Below the pieces are notes generated by a model that was given only the letters and a program-made list of their open reading frames with translations, was not told the DNA's origin and ran no database searches. 58,696 nt of DNA from Pseudomonadota bacterium (lineage in GTDB: Bacteria > Pseudomonadota > Gammaproteobacteria > Steroidobacterales > Rariloculaceae), in the NCBI GenBank assembly GCA_036231525.1, contig JAZAGZ010000071.1, forward strand, positions 1 through 58,696. Direction: 5' to 3'. Positions 29,795 through 38,842 of the stretch are shown piece by piece. A program made the translations under genes and the position numbers. Position 1 is the stretch's first letter; each line of letters opens with the position of its first letter.

Positions 29795-31153
29795 ATGACC
29801 GAGATCAATTGCTTTAAAGCTTACGATGTTCGCGGCCAAGTGCCCGAGGAACTCAATGAAGATATTGCTTACCGTATTGCTCGGGCATATGTTGAATTTT
29901 TGAACCCTACTCAAATTGCCGTGTGTCGAGACATTAGAACTTCCAGTAATACTTTAAGTCGGGCGCTCATAAAGGGTCTAACAGATGCCGGGGTTCATGT
30001 TTTCGATATTGGCATCGGCGGAACAGAGCTCGTGTACTTCGCGACCTTTTACAAAAACCTCGACGGTGGAATTATGGTTACTGCCAGCCACAACCCGCCA
30101 GATCATAACGGAATGAAGTTTGTTCGTGAGCAATCCAAACCTATTAGCGAAAATACAGGACTTGAGGAAATCCAAACGTTGGCTGAGCAAAACAACTTTC
30201 CGGAAATCTCGCAACCTGGCATGGTGAAAGAATTGGATTTAATGTCCGACTATATTGAGCATTTACTCTCCTATGTTGAGATCAAAAAACTCAATCCTTT
30301 GAAAATTGTTGTTAATGCAGGTAACGGTTGCGCGGGTCCAATAATAGATTTACTCGAGCCTCATCTGCCTTTCCAGTTCATCAAACTTCACCACAAACCC
30401 GATGGGTCTTTCCCCAACGAAGTGCCCAATCCCATGCTGGAGAAAAATCGCCGCGCCACTATCGATGGCGTCCGGAATTCTGGTGCTGATATAGGGATTG
30501 CATGGGACGGTGATTTCGATCGTTGCTTTTTCTTCGATGAGAATGGGCGTTTTATCGACGGATACTATATCGTTGGATTACTCGCACAAACCTTTCTATC
30601 TAAGTCACAAGGCGAACGCATCGTCCATGACCCTCGCCTCACGTGGAATACTCTAGAGATTATCGAGAGCAATGGTGGGTTACCGATCCAAAGCAGGCCA
30701 GGGCATGCTTTTATCAAACAGACTATGCGTGAAAACGATGCTGTCTATGGTGGAGAAACTAGCGCACACCATTATTTCCGAGAATTCTCCTATGCGGACA
30801 GTGGCATGATCCCCTGGTTGATAATCGCCGAACTAATGTGTCAGCGTAAATTGCCATTATCGGCGCTGGTCGATGAACGGATGACTCTCTTTCCAACTAG
30901 CGGCGAGATTAATCGCAAAGTCGATGATAGTGCTGAGGTGCTCGCCCGCGTAGAAAAATCTTATATACATCACGCCTTAAGCATTCACCACATTGATGGT
31001 CTCAGCATGGAATTTTCAGACTGGCGCTTTAATGTCCGCGCCTCGAACACTGAGCCGCTGCTTCGCCTCAATGTGGAGGCTCGCAGCAATGAGGGTTTAA
31101 TGCTCACCAAAACCAAACAATTGCTTGAGGTGATAGGAGGAGAGCCGGGCTAG
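29795..31153 (+). CDS. phosphomannomutase/phosphoglucomutase
   Basis: MTEINCFKAYDVRGQVPEELN, active-site loop TASHNPPDHNGMKF, metal site AWDGDFDRC, and GGETSAHHYF. ATG at 29795. Confidence 0.9.
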   Translation: MTEINCFKAYDVRGQVPEELNEDIAYRIARAYVEFLNPTQIAVCRDIRTSSNTLSRALIKGLTDAGVHVFDIGIGGTELVYFATFYKNLDGGIMVTASHNPPDHNGMKFVREQSKPISENTGLEEIQTLAEQNNFPEISQPGMVKELDLMSDYIEHLLSYVEIKKLNPLKIVVNAGNGCAGPIIDLLEPHLPFQFIKLHHKPDGSFPNEVPNPMLEKNRRATIDGVRNSGADIGIAWDGDFDRCFFFDENGRFIDGYYIVGLLAQTFLSKSQGERIVHDPRLTWNTLEIIESNGGLPIQSRPGHAFIKQTMRENDAVYGGETSAHHYFREFSYADSGMIPWLIIAELMCQRKLPLSALVDERMTLFPTSGEINRKVDDSAEVLARVEKSYIHHALSIHHIDGLSMEFSDWRFNVRASNTEPLLRLNVEARSNEGLMLTKTKQLLEVIGGEPG

Positions 31154-31409
31154 AAACCACAGTTATGCTATCAAGTGAAGAGGTAAACTTGTTCGACACG
31201 GAAACGTTTAGGAATCTCGTAATTCCCATCCAACATCCTTACCTCTTTAGCTCCTCAGAGATTCTTAGCCCCTGCATCCAGCGCATCAGAAAAGCCTTTT
31301 TCCCCAGATCCTCTCTGTCCAGCACGATACACTGTCCTTCGCGAGGATCTTCGTGGCACCATCTACCACAACGAACTAATACTGATTTCGCACCTAAGGA
31401 GAACAGGTA

Positions 31410-32573
31410 TTGAGCGAAGAATTCCTCAGAACATTTGCCCGTGAAAAACTCTCAACATTGAAGGGCCTCGGTCTTTTACGAACCTTGCGTGATACCGAAC
31501 GCCATACGACCGGGATAACGTGCCGAAGCCAGAGAGAACTTATTTCATTCTCCTGCAATGACTATCTGGGCCTTTCCCACCACCCAGATATTGTTAGGGC
31601 AAGCCTTCAGGCAACCCGACAATATGGTGTAGGCGCAGGCGGATCCCGCCTGATCTCCGGTAATAACCCCCTTTACGCACAACTAGAAGCATCACTCGCG
31701 AGGATCAAAGGTACCGAGGATGCGGTGGTCTTTGGGAGCGGCTACCTCGCCAATGTTGGCGTCATCCCAGTACTGGCAGGGAACGAAGATTTAATCCTCA
31801 TGGATGATCTTTGTCACGCCTGTCTCTTTGCGGGAGCCGCCCTAGCACGATCACGCGTTATCAGCTTCAGCCACAAAAATACTAGCGACTTAACTAAACT
31901 GCTAAAGAAATATAGAAATTCCTATCGACATTGCTTAGTCCTGACTGACGGTGTGTTCAGTATGGACGGTGATCGAGCGCCAATCTCTAAACTTTTTGAG
32001 CTCTGCGAACACCATAATGCCTGGTTAATGACCGACGATGCCCATGGGTTAGGTGTCATAGAAAATGGACGCGGATCGAGCATTGTAAATGGCCACCCAA
32101 TCCCCGTACCTCTTCAGATGGGTACACTTTCTAAGGCGGTCGGCGCTTATGGTGGCTATCTGTGTACTAACAAAGATGTCGCCGATCTAATACGAAATCG
32201 AGCAAGAAGTTTTCAATACACCACAGGATTGCCGCCGGGAAATATTGCGGCAGCGATAAAAGCGCTTGAGATAATCGAGATGGATCATCAGCTAGTTAGT
32301 ACTCCACTTATCCATGCACGGCGTTTTGCGAAAGCCGTCGGATTGCCAGAACCGGAAAGCCCTATCGTACCTATTCTTTTAGGTAATTCAGAACCGACTC
32401 TCCTAGCCGCTCAACACCTAGAACAGCAAGGATTTCTCGTCGTTGCTATTCGGCCGCCTACAGTACCGGATGGCACCGCGCGGCTACGTTGCACCTTCTC
32501 AGCTTCCCATACAGAAAATGATATTGATCGGTTTTCGAGCGTGATCAAAAAAATCCTAAATCCAAATGAGTAA
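31410..32573 (+). CDS. bioF: 8-amino-7-oxononanoate synthase
   Basis: 387 aa. FSCNDYLGLSHHP, DDAHGLGV, and PLP-Lys in GTLSKAVGAYGG. AAGGAG Shine-Dalgarno 8 nt before the TTG start. Confidence 0.9.
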   Translation: MSEEFLRTFAREKLSTLKGLGLLRTLRDTERHTTGITCRSQRELISFSCNDYLGLSHHPDIVRASLQATRQYGVGAGGSRLISGNNPLYAQLEASLARIKGTEDAVVFGSGYLANVGVIPVLAGNEDLILMDDLCHACLFAGAALARSRVISFSHKNTSDLTKLLKKYRNSYRHCLVLTDGVFSMDGDRAPISKLFELCEHHNAWLMTDDAHGLGVIENGRGSSIVNGHPIPVPLQMGTLSKAVGAYGGYLCTNKDVADLIRNRARSFQYTTGLPPGNIAAAIKALEIIEMDHQLVSTPLIHARRFAKAVGLPEPESPIVPILLGNSEPTLLAAQHLEQQGFLVVAIRPPTVPDGTARLRCTFSASHTENDIDRFSSVIKKILNPNE

Positions 32574-33237
32574 GATTTTCGTAACAGCTTCTGGTACTGG
32601 GGTTGGCAAAACGTTTGTGACCCGCGCACTAATTAATCAATTGCGCAAAAACGAACATAGCGTACACGCATTAAAACCGATTGGGACAGGTTTCAAATCT
32701 GAAGATGACAAGCTAAGCGATACCAAGCTTTTACTACGTGCGCTGGAATTGGATGCAGATGCTCAAAGCATTAACAACATCACGCCATGGCGCTTCAAAG
32801 AAGCGCTATCCCCTGATATGGCTGCTGCTCGTGAACAAACTTATATTCCGTTCGATAAGTTGATTGCTTTCTGTGAGCAAGAAAACGACAACGATGTCAT
32901 GCTAATCGAAGGCATCGGCGGCATCATGGTTCCGCTAAATGAAACGCATACAGTGCTTGACTGGATTATTGCACTTCGTGCACCTGTCCTCTTAATCGTC
33001 GGTAGCTATCTCGGCACACTAAGTCATACGCTGACGGCTTTAGGCATGTTGAGGACTAACTCTGTTACTGTCGCCGGTATAGTTGTAAACGAATCACTAG
33101 ATCAACCCGTTACAGCCCAGGAAACAGCTAACGTTATCTCAAGATTCAATACGGGCATTCCCATCCAAACGCTTCCACGAGTCAATGAACCGGAAGACGC
33201 GCCAAACCTTTTGTCTCTTATAAACGATTATCTGTAA
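32566..33237 (+). CDS. bioD: dethiobiotin synthetase
   Basis: MSKIFVTASGTGVGKTFVT P-loop, IEGIGGIMVPL. Eight-nt overlap with bioF. Confidence 0.9.
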   Translation: MSKIFVTASGTGVGKTFVTRALINQLRKNEHSVHALKPIGTGFKSEDDKLSDTKLLLRALELDADAQSINNITPWRFKEALSPDMAAAREQTYIPFDKLIAFCEQENDNDVMLIEGIGGIMVPLNETHTVLDWIIALRAPVLLIVGSYLGTLSHTLTALGMLRTNSVTVAGIVVNESLDQPVTAQETANVISRFNTGIPIQTLPRVNEPEDAPNLLSLINDYL

Positions 33238-33264
33238 GGTTATAAAAATTGCACTAATAGGCCG

Positions 33265-34212
33265 TCAAAAAATTACAGCAGGATTAACCGTTGAGCCTGT
33301 TGCGCCCTGTATTTTTAAAGGCTGCATAACGAATGCGAACTCGTAGACATCACGTGCGGCAAGTTCATCCAGTTTCAGACGTTCAAGCAAATGAATACCA
33401 TTAACAACCAACATTATCTGATGAACTGGCAGTGATAGCTTAGGATCTGGGTTCGGCTGCACCTCCACAGGCTGATTATCAGCGCCCACAATCATCGGGT
33501 TTTGGGCAGCAAGCCACTCAGCAGCTTCTACACCAATACCTGGACCCCCACGCAGGTAACGAGGCACATCCAGTTCCCAAAGAACTCCCCACCCGGTATG
33601 GATAATCACTGCATCGCCTGGTGCAATCGTAAGATCGTGTCTTGTAAGTTCTTCCTGAAGATCAGCGACAGTAATTTCATAGTCTTCCGCTAGCATATCA
33701 ACGCCCTTCAACTCAGCGATATCAAGCAGTATTCCACGTGTCATGAGCATGCCCACGTTTTCAATGCCAAGCCGTGTAAATCCTCCACGAGTCAATACCT
33801 CATCAGCTCGAAAACAATTATAAAAAGTGTTCCCAATACTCTGATGACTGAAGCCGTCTAACTGTGTACCAACCTGACCAAGCTCTGTAACTATGAGCTC
33901 TTCATTTGAACCTCTCCTATTTGATGAGGGGTTCATTGATGTCGGCTTCATGAAGAAATCAAAGTGACGAGATCCAAGCGGGATAGATCCATGAAGTACA
34001 TTACCGAGCTCCACTACCTCGCCACGACGTATCAACTGTGCCGCTCGCATCACTGACGCTGGCCCCATATGGTTACCTGAACCCCGCTCGTCCTCCGCAC
34101 CCCACTGAGATGGACAACGATCAACTTCCGCCGGTGGGGTCCATGACTGAGCATTTACCTTCCACGCTATGGGACACAGCATAAAAAACATTATGATTTT
34201 CAGAAATCGCAT
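33265..34212 (-). CDS. secreted cyclase-family (arylformamidase-like) metallohydrolase
   Basis: Signal peptide ending KVNAQ. GTQLDGFSH motif and HTGW, as in the putative-cyclase/kynurenine formamidase family. Confidence 0.6.
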   Translation of the reverse strand: MRFLKIIMFFMLCPIAWKVNAQSWTPPAEVDRCPSQWGAEDERGSGNHMGPASVMRAAQLIRRGEVVELGNVLHGSIPLGSRHFDFFMKPTSMNPSSNRRGSNEELIVTELGQVGTQLDGFSHQSIGNTFYNCFRADEVLTRGGFTRLGIENVGMLMTRGILLDIAELKGVDMLAEDYEITVADLQEELTRHDLTIAPGDAVIIHTGWGVLWELDVPRYLRGGPGIGVEAAEWLAAQNPMIVGADNQPVEVQPNPDPKLSLPVHQIMLVVNGIHLLERLKLDELAARDVYEFAFVMQPLKIQGATGSTVNPAVIF

Positions 34213-34329
34213 CTTATTACCCCCTTGCGATTCTCAGCTTAGGTTTCTTCGAACTATGTGGAGCTGAGATAGTGCGTTAGGTGAATACTACGCTAAATCC
34301 CGGCAACTAACCGAGTCCGCAACAAGACG

Positions 34330-34364
34330 AAAAAAGGGACGCTCCAAGAACGGAGCGCCCCCCC
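34330..34364 (-). terminator. rho-independent terminator closing the 47139-34379 transcription unit
   Basis: The minus strand reads GGGGGGCGCTCC-gttctt-GGAGCGTCCC followed by TTTTTT. It begins about 15 nt after the OmpA-like stop codon. Confidence 0.7.
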
Positions 34365-34378
34365 GGAAAGCCCGACCG

Positions 34379-35215
34379 CTACTTCTGGGCAACCCGATTT
34401 TCGTTTCCGTTCCTGATGAGTGTCAGATCCACCCGACGCTCCATCGCCATCGAATCGACATCGTTCTCCTCTGCTGCGGCATACGTCTCACCATGCCCAT
34501 CAATCATGATTCTATTGAGTGGAACACCAGCCTCTATCAGTAAATCTCTAACGGAGATAGCACGTTGCGCGGACAGTTGATCGTTATGCTCCTGATCACC
34601 ACGAGAATCTGCGTGCCCTTCAATATGAATCAGTGTTCCATCCAGATCCGCGAGCAATCCTGCAAGGCGTAGCAATCTGTTCTGAGTTTCTCCAGGAAGT
34701 GTGCTTTCATTTGTTCTGAACAAGACCTGGACATCAAGTGCATCGCGAAGAGTGTTCCGCATCTCTCGATTTTCCTGATGGATCTGACTTTCGAGTACTG
34801 CAACTTGATGCTCACTACTGGTAACCAGATCATTCAGTGCTGCTACCTCCTCCTCAGCTTCGGTCCAGCGCTCTTCAAACCGAATTCGTGCGTTGCGCTC
34901 CTCATCGAATCGGTCTCCCAACCAAGCACCTAAAGTGGTCCCAAGAACCAGTCCAACCGGGCCTCCAGCAACTCCACCGATGACTGCACCACCACCGATC
35001 CTGATGGATTGATGTTTCGAAAATCGTGTGTCCTCTGCCGTCCATCCAGTGGAGGCGAACATGATAGCTGCCACCACAGCGATAACGCTTGTACCGAGCA
35101 TCGCACGTATCTTGCGAGCTTTGTTAGCCGAACGTTGTAACTCACGCCGACTGTCGTATATATCTTGCGAGCTTTGGTGATAGTGCTCATTCAGCGTTTT
35201 AATGGGGTTAACCAT
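34379..35215 (-). CDS. bitopic TM / glycine-zipper / coiled-coil protein with a C-terminal OmpA-like peptidoglycan-binding domain
   Basis: TM segment GTSVIAVVAAIMFAS, glycine zipper GGGAVIGGVAGGPVGLVLGTTLGAWLG, and a heptad-rich segment. OmpA_C signature: IHIEGHADSRGDQEHNDQLSAQRAISVRDLL...GHGE...ERRVDL. Strong AAGGAG Shine-Dalgarno. Confidence 0.8.
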   Translation of the reverse strand: MVNPIKTLNEHYHQSSQDIYDSRRELQRSANKARKIRAMLGTSVIAVVAAIMFASTGWTAEDTRFSKHQSIRIGGGAVIGGVAGGPVGLVLGTTLGAWLGDRFDEERNARIRFEERWTEAEEEVAALNDLVTSSEHQVAVLESQIHQENREMRNTLRDALDVQVLFRTNESTLPGETQNRLLRLAGLLADLDGTLIHIEGHADSRGDQEHNDQLSAQRAISVRDLLIEAGVPLNRIMIDGHGETYAAAEENDVDSMAMERRVDLTLIRNGNENRVAQK

Positions 35216-35347
35216 GGCTTACTCCTTATCGATGTTCAGTTGCTACTCGATGCGCTAGCGCACATCAGTATTAGAGTTCATGCCATGGGTTAAACCACTG
35301 ATAAAGTGGGGCAAAGGGCCGGTAAAAAATGACGAATTCTGGCGTCG

Positions 35348-36352
35348 TTAGCCTCGGAGGGAAGGCAAGGCTACAAAGGTTCCGCCGTTCCTTTGGCAGA
35401 GAACTCGCATCAAAATAGCAAAGCGGGCCGAGGTCAATAATTCTCCATTTGTAACTTCGTAATAAACAGGAAAAGCAACGGCATGAATACGAACCCGTCG
35501 AGAGCCATCTTCACCAAGTTGATTACGACGATCTACTTCCCGTACCACTGCATTGATTGATCCCGCGGAAAAATCATCGCTGTAGACATAAAGACTAATC
35601 TTTTTATTAGGATCATAGAAAGTTTGAATAGCCTCTAGAATTCCTTCCCTGGGACTTGAGTTGGAGAACGCCTGCCAGTTGCGCAATCCATCTATAATGC
35701 GTCTTCGGATTTCAGTGCCGTCTGGAATCCACTGGTTTCGGTAACTCCGAAACATATACTCGCCCATGTCGTTGAGCACCTGAATACCCTTGACTTGGGG
35801 GTAGACCTGAAGCGTCTCCGAGATCTGTTGTTGGACACGATCCCAAGCATATCGTTGCATGCTCCCAGAAGTGTCGATAATGAAGATGATGTACTCGCTA
35901 TCCACAGGAATACCGCCCACCATGGACTCATCAGGATCGGGCTGGTAATTCGCTAGCAAACTTTGCATTTCCTCTGTCAATCTTTGCTTCGCCTGGGCTA
36001 ACCGACCCTCCAGCTCATTGGACATTTCAGCGTCATCTTGAGTTGCAAGAAATTCTGCTCGAATCCGCATGAGCTCGCTCTGCAGCTGCGCAATTTGCGT
36101 TTCATCCTGATCCACGTTTTCAATCGTGGCTAATCTTTCTCGCGTAATGATATTTGTTTGACCGATGATGTCCTCTAACTCTTGCTCATACTTAACAACT
36201 AAATTCTCAAGGTCCACATGAGTTTCTTCGAGCCGGATGGGTTCAAATATTTTTGTGATTACGAGAAGAAGTATTACCGCTCCGAATCCACAGCAGACAA
36301 CATCCAGAAATGACAGACTGCCGGTTTCGATATCACGACGCCGCTTTCTCAT
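35348..36352 (-). CDS. Asp-containing TM helix (MotB/ExbD-like) / coiled coil / vWA domain protein, paralog 2
   Basis: N-terminus MRKRRRDIETGSLSFLDVVCCGFGAVILLLVITK, then about 110 aa of acidic heptad-like sequence. The vWA domain has MIDAS IIFIIDTSGSM. The ATG at 36352 forms an ATGA overlap with the upstream stop; the track start is the TTG at 36358. Confidence 0.7.
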   Translation of the reverse strand: MRKRRRDIETGSLSFLDVVCCGFGAVILLLVITKIFEPIRLEETHVDLENLVVKYEQELEDIIGQTNIITRERLATIENVDQDETQIAQLQSELMRIRAEFLATQDDAEMSNELEGRLAQAKQRLTEEMQSLLANYQPDPDESMVGGIPVDSEYIIFIIDTSGSMQRYAWDRVQQQISETLQVYPQVKGIQVLNDMGEYMFRSYRNQWIPDGTEIRRRIIDGLRNWQAFSNSSPREGILEAIQTFYDPNKKISLYVYSDDFSAGSINAVVREVDRRNQLGEDGSRRVRIHAVAFPVYYEVTNGELLTSARFAILMRVLCQRNGGTFVALPSLRG

Positions 36353-37440
36353 GGCCAATCCTCCGAAGGAGCCATCATAGATCCCCCAGTGTTAAGCGCC
36401 AGCCACCAATAAGCTGGTGCAGACTGTGGGTCGCCTTCCATCGCGTACAAAATGATGTTGACCGGTACGTTGAAAGGTAAATCCCTAGTAGCCCGATTGA
36501 AATGTCCCATACGTTCTTTTCCCGTCACACCGGCACGATTTGGAATAACCTCGCCCATGGTCGGTAAACCATCGACCAGCAAATAGATATTGTCAGGCTT
36601 GGGGTCGAGAGGCCTCATAGCAGCAAAAGCAGCATGTAGGCTCGTGGGTCCATCTGGTGCTGTAACTCGTAACGACTCTACGGCTTCTTCCAAAAGATGG
36701 CCATCAGTAACAGTTTGCCACTGACCGTTACTACCCTCGATCAGGCTCCAAGCTGTGTCGTTGAATGCAAAGATTTGAATCTGAGTGCCTGGCTGTATTT
36801 GGGTCGTCAGCCAATCCACCGTATCTACAGTTTGACGCCATTTGGGGGCCTGCAGCTTTTGTTCCATAGGCATGTTGCGACGCCTAATCACATTCACGAT
36901 GGTCCGGTCCAACATGCTTGAGGATGTATCCACCAGTATCACCACCCGCTCCCCACCCATCCTTAGGCCAGTCAGGTATTGTCGGTTCCCGTCTCCGGTG
37001 AAAGCCCTAATGCGATTACCAGCGTCCTCTGGCGTGATGCTAGCCGCAGACAGTCGTTCGCTCTCTTCCTCTAAAGCTTCCAACTCCGAACGAAGTTGCT
37101 CTATCGCTTCTTCCTGTGCTGCCGTGTCCGCGGTCGCTGTGCTAAATTCTTCTTCCGTATCTTGAATCTCTGTAACTATTTCATCTTTAAGTCCCCGTAA
37201 TACGGCCCATTCCTCAATCAACCTTGCCAAGTCATCTGTTAACTGCACAAGATTCTTTCGTCCCGTTAGTACCTTGAGCTCCATTCGATCCACTTCACTC
37301 GCTAAATCCTCAAGAACCGCTTCCCGTCTCAGATCAATGTTGGCATTAATAATCATGAAAAAAAGTATTACCGCGCCAAACCCACACGTCATAGCATCAA
37401 GGAAAGATAGCGAAAAGACATTTATCGACTTACGAGCCAT
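36349..37440 (-). CDS. Asp-containing TM helix (MotB/ExbD-like) / coiled coil / vWA domain protein, paralog 1
   Basis: N-terminus MARKSINVFSLSFLDAMTCGFGAVILFFMIINA, then an acidic coiled-coil-like segment (EEAIEQLRSELEALEEESERL). The vWA domain has MIDAS VVILVDTSSSM, plus APDGPTSL and LLVDGLP. Eleven-nt overlap with the upstream gene. Confidence 0.7.
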   Translation of the reverse strand: MARKSINVFSLSFLDAMTCGFGAVILFFMIINANIDLRREAVLEDLASEVDRMELKVLTGRKNLVQLTDDLARLIEEWAVLRGLKDEIVTEIQDTEEEFSTATADTAAQEEAIEQLRSELEALEEESERLSAASITPEDAGNRIRAFTGDGNRQYLTGLRMGGERVVILVDTSSSMLDRTIVNVIRRRNMPMEQKLQAPKWRQTVDTVDWLTTQIQPGTQIQIFAFNDTAWSLIEGSNGQWQTVTDGHLLEEAVESLRVTAPDGPTSLHAAFAAMRPLDPKPDNIYLLVDGLPTMGEVIPNRAGVTGKERMGHFNRATRDLPFNVPVNIILYAMEGDPQSAPAYWWLALNTGGSMMAPSEDWP

Positions 37441-38842
37441 CGCGATCCTCTAAAGCTATGATTTGTAGCTCTTCCCCTGGCGAACCAATCCGAATAATGT
37501 CCGCGGGATGCAGGTCAACCTCACCGGAGACCCGCTTCTCATTCACGAAGGTACCGAAGCGACTAAGATCCATCAGTTTTATCTCTCCGTCCCTGCGAAC
37601 AACCTCGCAGTGAGCTCGAGAAACAGCGGTTTGGCTCTCATCGAGAACAATTGTATGACGCCCATCAAGAACCTCTCGACCAATAAAAAGAGAAGACCCA
37701 TCAATTGCATAAGCAACGCCACGATAGACTACATGAGTTGGCTCTGGAGCTAATGCCTCGGGATCACCCGTTACGCTCAATATCTGTTCTGGTTCTATGG
37801 GATCTAGTTGAATCGCTTCTCCCCTCCAGGGTAACCGTCTGAGAAGCTTAATCTGCCCACTTGATAACCTAATGTTTTCAAGGCTGCTGAGCGCACCCAG
37901 GGCTGCGGCGCCCGGAGCCATAGGGATGACGTTTGCATCATCCAGACGCATCACTTCATTCACAATACCTGGAAGGCGAAGAAGGCGATGAGATAGTTCC
38001 ACTACCAGACTCGCTCCCGCAGTCCGACATTGAGAAATGAGTTGCACTAGAGCGCGATAAAATCCGTCAGCAACGCCCAACAACTGGTCTCGCTGAATCT
38101 CCACATGGTGCTCTTCTCCACCATAAGGGAGCATAAGCTCAATATGATCCTCATCCTGGAGAGTTGTAAGCCACTCAGGCAACCGATCGTAAACCAGTTG
38201 TTCGGAGTCAGCTCTATGAAATGGGTCAAAGCGCGTTTGAAGGACAAATATCTCAGCTACTCGCTTCGCCCACAGATCGGTAAGCGAAGCGAAACCTACA
38301 CCACTCAGTGCCTGCTCGGGCTCTGCTGCAACATCATCGCCCTGCTCGAGCTGAGTTGCTGACACCCTATGTAATCCAGTGTCAACATAGATCAATTGGT
38401 GGCCCGGATACGGCTGTGTACTCGCAGCGATCCCTGCATCAATCATGGCCCGAACTGGCATCTTGCACTCTTGAGCAAGACCTAAAAGTAGTCCGAGTTG
38501 CTCACGCGTATAATGTCCAGGCACCACTAGGATTACATCCTTTTTGGAACCTCCAAAACGCTTCCAAAGAAGATCCAACTGCGTAAAAGCAAGCTCGGCC
38601 GAGCTTTCTACAGTATCAATGCCCGCACTTCCAGGTTCGAGACTCAAATCGTTCCAGTAACGATTGCTGGTTTGTCGCGGGTTCAATCGAGCCTGAGCAT
38701 ACGCTTCCACTCCAGTAACTATTGAATCATCTTTCAATACCAACGCAGCATATCCGGGCTCTTGCGCAAGGATCCCCGTATGGTCAGCGACCACCAGTTC
38801 AGCATCGTTAATATCGATGGCTAGCGTGCTTACGTTGCTCAA
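37430..38842 (-). CDS. cytoplasmic Hsp70/actin-fold-like protein fused to a C-terminal FHA domain
   Basis: LAIDINDAELVV, VILVVPGHYTREQLGLLLGLAQECKMPVRAMIDAGIAAS and LIYVDTGLHRVSAT align in order with the Hsp70 phosphate-1, connect and phosphate-2 motifs, but are degenerate. The C-terminus has a canonical FHA: FIGRE...VSRAHCEV...LMDLSRFGTFVNEKRV. The TTG start abuts the MotA-like stop. Confidence 0.6.
   Translation of the reverse strand: MSNVSTLAIDINDAELVVADHTGILAQEPGYAALVLKDDSIVTGVEAYAQARLNPRQTSNRYWNDLSLEPGSAGIDTVESSAELAFTQLDLLWKRFGGSKKDVILVVPGHYTREQLGLLLGLAQECKMPVRAMIDAGIAASTQPYPGHQLIYVDTGLHRVSATQLEQGDDVAAEPEQALSGVGFASLTDLWAKRVAEIFVLQTRFDPFHRADSEQLVYDRLPEWLTTLQDEDHIELMLPYGGEEHHVEIQRDQLLGVADGFYRALVQLISQCRTAGASLVVELSHRLLRLPGIVNEVMRLDDANVIPMAPGAAALGALSSLENIRLSSGQIKLLRRLPWRGEAIQLDPIEPEQILSVTGDPEALAPEPTHVVYRGVAYAIDGSSLFIGREVLDGRHTIVLDESQTAVSRAHCEVVRRDGEIKLMDLSRFGTFVNEKRVSGEVDLHPADIIRIGSPGEELQIIALEDRDGS

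Noticed and set aside
31165-31413. An 82-aa ORF filling the spacer between the phosphomannomutase gene and bioF.
   Set aside because: It has no Shine-Dalgarno sequence, a Ser/Pro-rich odd composition and no recognisable motif. I treat the region as a non-coding spacer of unknown role.
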